The notes beneath the pieces were generated by a model. It did not search any database. It was not told the DNA's origin and was given only the letters and a program-made list of their open reading frames with translations. A stretch of DNA of 59,683 nt, the filler included. It is 5 parts of 5 records of this genome, joined end to end, with 100 filler letters (N's around TTAATTAATTAA, not from the genome) between each part and the next. Parts side by side here need not be neighbours in the genome. Positions count along the whole stretch, not along the records: positions 1 to 11,111 come from SRR2962707_1897; positions 11,212 to 31,294 come from SRR2962707_1901; 3 more parts are not named here. One strand, written 5' to 3'. The position numbers and the translations under genes are program-made. Every line of letters begins with the position of its first letter. Position 1 is the first letter of the stretch. Below, piece after piece: positions 9,333 to 17,230 of the stretch.

Positions 9333-10584
9333 GTATCAATATGTTTTCTGACAATTTAATATTATGTCTATAAGTAAGTGACTGCCACTTAGTGCCTCTT
9401 TCTCTAATTTTAATTATTTCATAACCTTTAAAACCGCAATTCTTAGCAATTTCTCCCAAAATTTTAGTTGTATCTATAAAAACACCGTATGGTGCCGAAT
9501 CTCCTAAAACCAAATATGCCTTACTACCTTCTTTCAAAACTCGTCGCATTTCTAAAAATACTCTGTACATATCTTGAAAGTAATACAAGGCAAGGATATG
9601 AAAACTTTTCCTTCCCTTTCTAGTTTTACTAATTTCTTCAATTTTTTTAATATCGGGTAATAGTTTATCAATGACACTTTTATTTTTAATATAAAAATCG
9701 CTACTTTTCCATTGTTCCAAATCGAATTCAGATTCTTTGTAATGTGTTGTAGCGCCTGTCACTAATTCCTTTCTAACCTTTTCAGTAATTTCATTCCAGT
9801 CATTGGTATAACCGAAAAAATGAGAACAAACCTTAGAAACCTCTCCATAATCTAAATTATTTAAATACGGCGGAGAAGTAATTGATATTGAACAGCTATC
9901 AGTTTCAATTTCTTCATTTCTCTTGCGAGAGTCGTGTCTATAAATATTCGTACAATTACTCATCCCATCTACTGTTGCTAAATCCTCTATCATTTTAAAA
10001 ACCGTATTTTTGAAAGTATCATAAGCTGTAAGATTACCTCTTAACGTTTTACTTCTTGATATATAAGGGATTGCAATAGGATGAATGCTTACTTTATGTA
10101 ATGTTTGGGTTAATGCTAAGTTTAAAAAAACTTTACAATTATTTTCCAGTTTACTATCAGAAATGAAATCTCTAATATAATATAATTGAAATAAATTATT
10201 ATCTGTATAAAGCGTTCTAAGTAATTGATGGTATGGCTTTTCGTAGGTGCCATTTTCTATAGACAACTCTATTTTCAGCATAAACTGCTTCAAGGAGTTA
10301 ATATTTACAGACCAGTCCAATTTTGCTTTTATTACATTGTATAATAATTCTTGACCTTCATTACCTACAGCAGGAATACCATTTTTCTGGGCGGATACTA
10401 ATGTTGTCCCACACCCTGCAAAACATTCATAGATACAGTCTTTATCTCCTAGTCCTTCCAATTCTATTATTTTCTGAACTAATTTATATGAAAATCCTGC
10501 CGTAAATCTATACCAATCGTGTATTGGATTATTCCTATTATCCTTTGCAGTTCCAATATTTTTATGTAATTCTTTAAGATCCAT
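9325..10584 (-). CDS. DNA amino-methyltransferase, alpha-type motif order, probably N4-cytosine
   Basis: HDWYRFTAGFS (motif X), ECFAGCGTT (motif I), variable region, ITSPPYLN (motif IV), LVLGDS. Confidence 0.9.
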   Translation of the reverse strand: MDLKELHKNIGTAKDNRNNPIHDWYRFTAGFSYKLVQKIIELEGLGDKDCIYECFAGCGTTLVSAQKNGIPAVGNEGQELLYNVIKAKLDWSVNINSLKQFMLKIELSIENGTYEKPYHQLLRTLYTDNNLFQLYYIRDFISDSKLENNCKVFLNLALTQTLHKVSIHPIAIPYISRSKTLRGNLTAYDTFKNTVFKMIEDLATVDGMSNCTNIYRHDSRKRNEEIETDSCSISITSPPYLNNLDYGEVSKVCSHFFGYTNDWNEITEKVRKELVTGATTHYKESEFDLEQWKSSDFYIKNKSVIDKLLPDIKKIEEISKTRKGRKSFHILALYYFQDMYRVFLEMRRVLKEGSKAYLVLGDSAPYGVFIDTTKILGEIAKNCGFKGYEIIKIRERGTKWQSLTYRHNIKLSENILILD

Positions 10585-10601
10585 CTAGTTAAATTAGTTT
10601 T

Positions 10602-10648
10602 CAAAGATAAAATCGCATATACAAATTTTATTTGAATTCACAAATATA
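10602..10648 (-). promoter_or_regulatory. Two Bacteroidota sigmaA -7 elements (TAnnTTTG) upstream of the methyltransferase operon
   Basis: Minus-strand TATCTTTG (10609-10602) and TATATTTG (10648-10641) in the AT-rich intergenic region. No well-spaced -33 element was found. Confidence 0.5.
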
Positions 10649-10738
10649 TTTAACTAATTCCACACTTTTTGCTTAATATCAGTTTATTTAATCAATTTTT
10701 AGGTAGGTAAAGGTTTAATAATTTAGGTTCTATTAATA

Positions 10739-11110
10739 TTAATAGTTGAAGATCGATCTAGCTTCAATATATACACGCTCAAAATTAGCTTCCAAATCAG
10801 CCATTGAAAATCGCTTAGTTTTTTCTGAAAGCTCACGATGGATCTTCTGTAATTTAAACTGCATTTTGTTATCCCTTCCATCGGCATAGGTAATAAACTC
10901 ACCCTGTTTTAATCGGAAAAACACATCTGCCCTAATTTTAGGAATTTCCTTTTCTCCAGTTGTAACTCTCGTATCAAAATCCAGATTATGCCCACGACTC
11001 ACGCTTTTTGTCGGGTCTTTAATAATCTCAAAAAAGCGTTCATAATATTTTGCCGTGTCCGGGTCATTGACCTTTCCAAAAAACTGATAGGAAAGATTGC
11101 TCAATATCGC
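10739..11110 (-). CDS. mobC: Type IV coupling protein (MobC/TraD-like), C-terminal fragment
   Basis: ILSNLSYQFFGKVNDPDTAKYYE and FFRLKQGEF motifs. Truncated by the contig end. Confidence 0.75.
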   Translation of the reverse strand, partial: AILSNLSYQFFGKVNDPDTAKYYERFFEIIKDPTKSVSRGHNLDFDTRVTTGEKEIPKIRADVFFRLKQGEFITYADGRDNKMQFKLQKIHRELSEKTKRFSMADLEANFERVYIEARSIFNY

Positions 11111-11111
11111 C

Positions 11112-11211
11112 NNNNNNNNNNNNNNNNNNNNNNNNNNNNNNNNNNNNNNNNNNNNTTAATTAATTAANNNNNNNNNNNNNNNNNNNNNNNNNNNNNNNNN
11201 NNNNNNNNNNN
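11112..11211. other. Artificial contig linker (N-run, TTAATTAATTAA, N-run)
   Basis: Identical construct at four positions, with stop codons in all six frames. Confidence 0.98.
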
Positions 11212-11256
11212 GTTGAAGAAGTAACGCCCCTCCTCTTAATCCGCTCTTACCTCAGA

Positions 11257-11280
11257 CCCCAGCCATGTGCTGGGGTTTGT
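11257..11280 (+). terminator. Probable intrinsic terminator
   Basis: CCCCAGC-catgt-GCTGGGG stem followed by TTTGT, downstream of a probable gene end (ttg aag aag taa). Confidence 0.55.
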
Positions 11281-11344
11281 GCTTTGTGTACTCTGCGTAT
11301 ACGCTTTTGGAGAAGCTGGAATCATGCGGGGGCTGTGGCACTCT

Positions 11345-11610
11345 GGAGTTATACGAACCGGTTCGCAAAACTTCGAACAAACAGGGAACAATCGCCTAAC
11401 CATTTGATATTATTGAAGCTGAACCTGAGCAGTTTGGAGTTATACGCCCCTGTTCGGGGGGGATGTTACAAGACAAGGAGGGCGTATAACTCCGGCGGCA
11501 GCCGTTTCGGACTCTGATTAATATTTGATTTTAAATAGTTTTCTGTCTTAGTAGGGGACGGCTAGAATTGGAATTATACGAATGCATGCTATGCGAACGC
11601 GTTCGTGTAA
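11345..11610. repeat. Repeated GGA(G/A)TTATACG motif, including a 14-bp perfect inverted repeat
   Basis: Copies at 11345, 11436 and 11570, inverted copy at 11483. GGAGTTATACGCCC (11436-11449) pairs with GGGCGTATAACTCC (11480-11493). Confidence 0.85.
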
Positions 11611-11623
11611 CACGCTGTTAGTT
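11605..11623 (+). mobile_element. attI-like integron recombination site
   Basis: GTGTAAC + 5-bp spacer ACGCT + GTTAGTT matches the L/R simple-site geometry of attI. GTTAGTT is the exact complement of AACTAAC at the end of the next ORF. Confidence 0.65.
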
Positions 11624-11636
11624 GTTGAGGAGTTGC

Positions 11637-12032
11637 ATGGCTTCATTAGAGCAGAATCACGAAGAGTGGGAGCGAATTCGGACAAGAGCTGACTCCCTAG
11701 CAAATGCAGTATTTCTTATCGCAGGCGGTGCTCTCTCGCTCTCGATTAGCATAATGGTGTCGGCTAAAAGTTCTGGCGTAGTTTCAGAGGATGCATCAGC
11801 AGAAGCCACAACCGGATGGTACTACCTCTTAGTTGCTATCGTTCTTTTTGTCGTTCTCAAGTTTCACATGATTGGGCAGGCGTTTTTGCTTCACGCGAAA
11901 ACTGAGTTTGCCGATAAATACAATAAGTGGCTCAATCGTTTAGGCTGGGCTTGGGGGTTTGCTGGTTTTGGTACATTCGTACTGGGCTTGGCAACATTGG
12001 TCAGCGCTGCATCCATGGTCGTCAACAACTAA
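11637..12032 (+). CDS. Small membrane protein, first integron cassette
   Basis: GAGGAG RBS, about 3 TM helices, stop codon inside AACTAAC. Confidence 0.75.
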   Translation: MASLEQNHEEWERIRTRADSLANAVFLIAGGALSLSISIMVSAKSSGVVSEDASAEATTGWYYLLVAIVLFVVLKFHMIGQAFLLHAKTEFADKYNKWLNRLGWAWGFAGFGTFVLGLATLVSAASMVVNN

Positions 12033-12095
12033 CAATGCAATCAAATTCGTTCCGGCCTTTGGCCTCCACCGGACGCCCCTGTGGGGGCGTTATTT
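12027..12095 (+). mobile_element. attC-like site (shortened/degenerate)
   Basis: AACTAAC, internal GC hairpins (CCGG..CCGG; ACGCCCC-tgtg-GGGGCGT), ending GTTATTT just before the next ORF. Confidence 0.6.
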
Positions 12096-12122
12096 TAATA
12101 AAACTCATGAAAGGGATCTTCA

Positions 12123-13181
12123 ATGAATCATAAAGTATTTCTTATAATTTTATCTACAATATTGGCTTTACCATTATCCGGCTGCAATGAGAATTCGACA
12201 GACGTACCTGTAAAAGCACCTGTAGAAGGTGTAGATTTATGCCCAGATTTTGATAATAAACCAATCAACACTATCGGTGAAGCTGCTATCAGCTATGAAG
12301 TTGGGCCTATCATAGCTCTTTGTAATGGCTGGCTGTTAGTTTCAAACAAAACTAAAAATACAATTGAAAAGCGCAATATTTTTACCAATGAGATTGATTC
12401 AACATACCAACTTTCAGCTGAGCCATATGAATTTGCATTAGACTCAAGCCTTGGATCTTTATTTGTAACTCACGGGCCAAGTACATTTATCAGCCGAATT
12501 TCTCTTTCAACTGGAGACATATCAGAACTCCCTGTAGAGACGGGCGCACAGAGTGTTGCAACCAGTAACGATGGAAAAGTATTTGTAAATCGAAACTCCG
12601 GATCCACGATTGATATAATTAATGGCAGGAATCTATCAATATTAAATAGTATATCTGGCATTAAAGGAGTTTATTTACATTACAACGATACTACAGATAG
12701 ATTAATAAATAGTTCAAGTAATTTCTATTTCGACGACGAATCTAATAATCTAACTTTACAGGGCGCATCCAATGGTGGCGGAAGTGGGAGTGATTGCAAT
12801 CGTGTTGTAGTCTCACCCGATGGAGATCATGCAGCAAAACCTTGCGGTGGTGGCAGCGGTGTCGGCTACTCAGTTTACAACTTTTATTCACATGACCCGT
12901 CTGTTGTCTTCGGAGAATGGCAAACTGGTGCTTATCCAAGCGGAGCAGCATTTGGCCCAAGCAACTTTTATATCTTACTGACTAACCGTTTTGATATTCA
13001 ACTATTTGACGTTGATACTCATGCTCTTATTATTAGTTATCCTGTTTCAAGTTGTAGCTACGGTGACACCAGAAGACTAGCTATATCTAGAGATGGTCAA
13101 TCGCTGTATTCCGTTACTAACTGCGGCTTTGATGATGAAAGTGCAATTATTAAGTGGTCTTTATACGATACAACGCGATAG
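12123..13181 (+). CDS. Lipoprotein with YVTN/beta-propeller repeats
   Basis: Lipobox LSGC and repeated S-x-DG blade motifs. More AT-rich than its neighbours. Confidence 0.7.
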   Translation: MNHKVFLIILSTILALPLSGCNENSTDVPVKAPVEGVDLCPDFDNKPINTIGEAAISYEVGPIIALCNGWLLVSNKTKNTIEKRNIFTNEIDSTYQLSAEPYEFALDSSLGSLFVTHGPSTFISRISLSTGDISELPVETGAQSVATSNDGKVFVNRNSGSTIDIINGRNLSILNSISGIKGVYLHYNDTTDRLINSSSNFYFDDESNNLTLQGASNGGGSGSDCNRVVVSPDGDHAAKPCGGGSGVGYSVYNFYSHDPSVVFGEWQTGAYPSGAAFGPSNFYILLTNRFDIQLFDVDTHALIISYPVSSCSYGDTRRLAISRDGQSLYSVTNCGFDDESAIIKWSLYDTTR

Positions 13182-13356
13182 TCATAACACATATGAGCCT
13201 TCTCTGAATCAATAAGCAATAGTCATTTTTTCGGCCGCGTCAGCGGCCAACCTAAATCCGTAATCCGGAACCTCTGCTTCGTCAGTCTCGCGGGGCGGTC
13301 AAAAAAATCTGGAAAGAATTATTTTCTGCGTTGCGCGCTAAGGACTAGTTGAGGGC

Positions 13357-13887
13357 ATGGCATCTGGGGTCGGCAATAAGTTAACAGGGCAAGTCGGAGA
13401 GCATCTGGTATCAGCGGTCTTGGGTACACTAGGTTACTACGCCTCTCCATACTCTGGAAATGTCCCAGGATTTGACGTCACCGCTGTCCACTCCGAATCT
13501 CTCGAATCCTTTCCCGTTCAGGTAAAAACCAGTACCAAGGGTGCTCTGGTTCAATCCACAATCGACAAATGGTGCGATCACAGTATTGATGACGAAAACC
13601 GTCAGTCGATCGGTACCGAGAAAGCGCCAAAACATCCGAACTTGATCTGGATTTTGGTACGGTTGAGTAATGCAGGTATAAGTGAGGCTAGATTCTTCAT
13701 CTGCACTGAGGCGGATATACAAAGAAAGATTGTCGCGCGATACTTAGCCTTTATGGAGAAACATGACTATCGTCGGCCTGGGGGCGGGGCTTCACCCCAA
13801 GCCATTCTCAACATCAAAGACGTTGCGGAGTTTGAGGACAATTGGGGAATTTTGCCAAATTATCAAGCTGCTGATGACCTCGGATAA
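13357..13887 (+). CDS. Stand-alone PD-(D/E)XK-fold nuclease-like protein
   Basis: GEHLV, PGFDV and VQVKT catalytic pattern. Confidence 0.7.
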   Translation: MASGVGNKLTGQVGEHLVSAVLGTLGYYASPYSGNVPGFDVTAVHSESLESFPVQVKTSTKGALVQSTIDKWCDHSIDDENRQSIGTEKAPKHPNLIWILVRLSNAGISEARFFICTEADIQRKIVARYLAFMEKHDYRRPGGGASPQAILNIKDVAEFEDNWGILPNYQAADDLG

Positions 13888-14464
13888 TCGAGTGATCTAT
13901 GCCAAAAACCTCCAACGTCGCCAAGTCAAGGACAGACGCGTGGTCATAACTGAAACACCCAGATTGTTACTACGTGAGTTTTCATCGGAAGATGTTGGCG
14001 CACTCGCGGAGATTCTTGGTGATCCAAAGGTAATGGAGTTTTCCACCAATGGGCCCTGCACCGAGGAAGATACCCGGCAGTTTATCGGCTGGTGCCTGGA
14101 CTCTTACCGGGATCATGGTTTTGGTCAGTGGGCTGTTGTTGATCGTCTTTCCGGGGCGATTATTGGGTTTTGCGGGTTGAGCCACGTAGAGCTTGATGGC
14201 GCTCAGGAAATAGAGATCGGCTATCGCCTTGTACCAACCGTATGGGGGCAAGGCTTGGCGTCAGAAGCTGCGGGGGCGGCGTTGGAGTATGGCTTCTCGC
14301 ACTGTGGCATTGACTCGATCATAGCGATCATCGCAGCCCAGCACGTCGTTTCTGCTGGTGTGGCGGAGAAGGTGGGGTTCAGAATTGATACCCGCACCAA
14401 ATACCGTGGCTGGGACGTTCTCATCTACCGCAAACGCCGTGCGGTGACTACAGGAGCCGCATAG
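13874..14464 (+). CDS. RimJ/RimL-family GNAT acetyltransferase (start could be GTG at 13940)
   Basis: ETPRLLLR, IGFCGL, EIGYRL, WGQGLASEAA. Confidence 0.88.
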   Translation: MTSDNRVIYAKNLQRRQVKDRRVVITETPRLLLREFSSEDVGALAEILGDPKVMEFSTNGPCTEEDTRQFIGWCLDSYRDHGFGQWAVVDRLSGAIIGFCGLSHVELDGAQEIEIGYRLVPTVWGQGLASEAAGAALEYGFSHCGIDSIIAIIAAQHVVSAGVAEKVGFRIDTRTKYRGWDVLIYRKRRAVTTGAA

Positions 14465-14509
14465 CCTTAGCAAACTCACTGGCCACTAAATCGCTAATGG
14501 AGAGCATGG

Positions 14510-14878
14510 ATGCAATTTCAAACCATCCCGATAATCCGAATTTTTGATGAGGCAAAGGCCAGGGAATTTTATCTGGAGTTCCTCGGCATGTCGGTCGACT
14601 GGGAGCACCGCTTCGAGGAAGGCTTCCCCCTCTATATGCAGGTTTCCAGAGGTGGCCTTGTCTTTCACCTCAGCGAGCACTCAGGGGACTGCACGCCCGG
14701 CTCCAAAACGTTCGTGAATACGGATGATCTCGAGGACCTGTACGATGAAATAACCTCGCGTGGCTACCGCTACAGTCGCCCGGAAATTACCACAGCCCCA
14801 TGGGGCGACAGGATATTCGAGGTGGTGGACCCGTTTTCAAACAGAATTCTGTTTAATGAGCGCACGTCTACCACATAA
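14510..14878 (+). CDS. Glyoxalase/bleomycin-resistance superfamily protein
   Basis: TIPIIRIFDEAKAREFY, LSEHSGD, DPFSNRILF. Confidence 0.88.
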   Translation: MQFQTIPIIRIFDEAKAREFYLEFLGMSVDWEHRFEEGFPLYMQVSRGGLVFHLSEHSGDCTPGSKTFVNTDDLEDLYDEITSRGYRYSRPEITTAPWGDRIFEVVDPFSNRILFNERTSTT

Positions 14879-14944
14879 CCATGACGCGCCTGAGAAGACC
14901 GGGACAGGTTTATTTTACTACCGCATCGAAAAGAATCGCTCGAT

Positions 14945-14972
14945 TGTCGAAAACCGCGATGCCCAGTCGACT
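14945..14972 (+). promoter_or_regulatory. ECF42-like promoter TGTCGA-N17-CGACT
   Basis: Same motif and spacing at 21164 and 24358. Precedes a DGPF gene. Confidence 0.7.
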
Positions 14973-15025
14973 ACCAGATAAGCCTATAAACGGTTTTCGA
15001 TGAAACAACGATCGGGAGAAACACC

Positions 15026-15418
15026 ATGAAATACATGCTGCTGGCCTACGGAAACGAAGAAAAGTTCAACCAGATGAGCAAAGACGAGCTGGCCGAGGTA
15101 GGGGAGAAGTGCAAGAGCTTTGACGCCGAGATGCAGGCGGCGGGCGAGGTCACATGGGGCGGGAGCCTGAGCTGGGACTCAAAGTCGATGCGCCTCAAGG
15201 ACGGCAAACTGATAGTCACCGACGGGCCCTTCGCGGAAACCAAGGAGGTCGTGGGCGGCGTTGTGATCATCGAAGCGCCGGACTTCGACGCAGCGGTGAA
15301 GCTTGCCTCTCTGCACCCGGCAGCGCGCATGGGCGAGGAACTGGGCTGGGGCATCGAGCTCCGTCCGATAGACTACTGCCCCGCGATCCGCGAAGCGGAG
15401 GCTGCGTGCATCAGTTAG
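15026..15418 (+). CDS. YciI/DGPF-family protein
   Basis: MKYMLL, TDGPFAETKEVVGG, IELRP. Confidence 0.92.
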   Translation: MKYMLLAYGNEEKFNQMSKDELAEVGEKCKSFDAEMQAAGEVTWGGSLSWDSKSMRLKDGKLIVTDGPFAETKEVVGGVVIIEAPDFDAAVKLASLHPAARMGEELGWGIELRPIDYCPAIREAEAACIS

Positions 15419-15891
15419 CAACCCAATGGATTGTGGGGTTACTTAGAGATAGGAAGATCCCCTTTCTGATCTGCGGAGGACTGGCCGCAAAAGGATATGG
15501 CTCTGGGCGTGATCTGAATGACATCGACCTTTTCGTCCCTGGTGAGCACTTTTCGTCAGTGGTTCAAGCCGGCCAGGAGTTTATATCCAAAGCCGCAGCT
15601 CACCGGCAGGAAGAAGGCTGGGATTTAACCTACGTGCAGTTCAAATATGAAGGTATCAAGGTCGAGGTAGGGAGCGCTGACGGTGCGAAAATCCTCGATG
15701 CAGGCAGCGGGGCCTGGGTTCCACTCGACATAGATTTTTCTCGCTACGCGACCTTACCTTTGCTGGATCTTGAGCTTCCCCTTATGCTGAAAGACGATCT
15801 GGTCCAGTATAAATCTGCGCTATCACGTCCAGTGGATCTCGAGGATATTCGCGCCATATGTGAATTAGAGGGAACTTCAAATGACTATTGA
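15406..15891 (+). CDS. Pol-beta-superfamily nucleotidyltransferase
   Basis: GGLAAKGYGSGRDLNDIDL motif. GTG start with GGAGG RBS. Confidence 0.75.
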   Translation: MHQLATQWIVGLLRDRKIPFLICGGLAAKGYGSGRDLNDIDLFVPGEHFSSVVQAGQEFISKAAAHRQEEGWDLTYVQFKYEGIKVEVGSADGAKILDAGSGAWVPLDIDFSRYATLPLLDLELPLMLKDDLVQYKSALSRPVDLEDIRAICELEGTSNDY

Positions 15892-16504
15892 AACATGGGC
15901 TCTGTATGTTGGTACCGTACTTCTGTTCATGTGTACACCGGGGCCAAGCCATCTGCTCATGCTTTCTGTAAGCACGTCGAATGGGTTTAAGAGGTCGCTT
16001 GCCACGGCCGCAGGTGACTTAACAGCGAATGCTATTCAAATAGTCTTGGCGGGGCTTGGTTTGGCGGCGGCTTTGAACGCTTCCAAATACGGGTTCACCA
16101 TTATCAAATGGCTCGGCGTGAGCTACTTGGTCTGGTTAGGTACTCGCCAGATCATTAACTCTTTCAAAGCGCATGGTTCAGCGACACCTGCCAAGAGGGC
16201 ATCTTTGAAAGCTCTATGGGCTCGTGGTTTCATCACATCCGCTGCCAATCCCAAGGCAGTTGTATTCTTTGCCGCCCTGTTCCCACAATTTTTAAACTCT
16301 ACTCATAGCCTGTTCCCGCAAATTCTCGTGTTGGGCTTTACCTACATCGTGATCGACGGGATATTTCTCAGCGCTTACGGTAAAGGCGGGAGCTGGCTGG
16401 CGACCAAGCTGAGCAACAAAACACAGGCATGGGTCGAGAGAGCTTCAGGGGCGGGAATGATTGGTGCAGCACTCTTACTTGGGCTCAAGTCCCAACGCTC
16501 GTAG
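15881..16504 (+). CDS. LysE/RhtB family exporter
   Basis: TPGPS, KWLGVSYLVWLG, NPKAVVFF. Confidence 0.92.
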   Translation: MTIETWALYVGTVLLFMCTPGPSHLLMLSVSTSNGFKRSLATAAGDLTANAIQIVLAGLGLAAALNASKYGFTIIKWLGVSYLVWLGTRQIINSFKAHGSATPAKRASLKALWARGFITSAANPKAVVFFAALFPQFLNSTHSLFPQILVLGFTYIVIDGIFLSAYGKGGSWLATKLSNKTQAWVERASGAGMIGAALLLGLKSQRS

Positions 16505-16543
16505 TTTCTAACGCTCGTCGTCAGGAGTAAGGCTCATCCAGTT

Positions 16544-16865
16544 ATGGCAGAATTATTGGAATTTCAAACCGAACGACGACGTTTGCGCCAATGGCGCGAT
16601 AGTGATCTCGAGCCGTTCGCCGCTCTAAACGCAAACCCAAAGGTTATGGAGTTCTTCCCCGAGCCGCTGAGTAGGCAAGCAAGCAACGAGATGGGGGAGA
16701 CAATTCGTTCGCTCATCAAGCAGCGCGGTTGGGAGTTCTGGGCGGTAGAGGTCAAAGGCCCCGAGCCCTTTATTGGTTTTTGCGGCCTACACGTCCCCGT
16801 TGCGGCCACATGTGCTGTACCGGTTGCAACGAGAGCAGTGGGAAATAGAGAAGCCTAACCATTAG
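16544..16865 (+). pseudogene. Internally deleted, frameshifted RimJ/RimL GNAT
   Basis: N-terminus runs to FIGFCGLHVP. The family C-terminus PLRPHVLYRLQREQW follows in another frame, and the acetyl-CoA-binding core is missing. Confidence 0.8.
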
Positions 16866-16900
16866 CCCCAGTTTGTACTGGACTTACCCTGGAGCACTCC

Positions 16901-17218
16901 ATGTCAGAAATCGCCAACACCCCCACTCCCCCCTACTACGCCGTCATTTTCACCAGCCACCGTACCGAGGGCGACAACGGCTACGGCGAAATGGCCGAGC
17001 GAATGGCTGAATTGGCGGCACAACAACCCGGCTACCTGGGTATGGAATCCGCCCGGGAGGGTCTGGGCATGACGGTGTCCTACTGGGAAAGCCTCGAGGC
17101 TATTCGCAACTGGAAGCAGAACGCGGAGCATCAGGAGGCCCAGCGGCTCGGCCATCAGCAATGGTATTCCAGTTTCCGGGTGCGGATTGCGAAGGTTGAG
17201 CGGGAGTACGGTATTTGA
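16901..17218 (+). CDS. Antibiotic biosynthesis monooxygenase (ABM) family protein
   Basis: PPYYAVIFTS, QPGYLG, TVSYWESLEAIRNWK. Confidence 0.92.
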   Translation: MSEIANTPTPPYYAVIFTSHRTEGDNGYGEMAERMAELAAQQPGYLGMESAREGLGMTVSYWESLEAIRNWKQNAEHQEAQRLGHQQWYSSFRVRIAKVEREYGI

Positions 17219-17230
17219 CCGGCAACCCCC

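Larger units (their letters stand above)
1..11111. mobile_element. Bacteroidota-type conjugative transposon/ICE, transfer region plus cargo (partial)
   Basis: Colinear TraG-TraJ-TraK-TraM-TraN homologues, a coupling-protein C-terminus at the other end, and an AT-rich cargo operon between them. Element ends lie outside the contig. Confidence 0.85.

Noticed and set aside
5934-10584. Calling the cargo BREX, Type I/II/III R-M or a VapBC toxin-antitoxin pair
   Set aside because: No PglZ, BrxL, HsdR/S, Res helicase, recognisable REase or VapB antitoxin.
11345-11610. Possible CRISPR array
   Set aside because: Repeats are only 11-14 nt, irregularly spaced and partly inverted, and there are no cas genes.
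15154-15405. N-terminal extension of the nucleotidyltransferase ORF
   Set aside because: Alternate frame of the YciI gene. An RBS supports the GTG at 15406.
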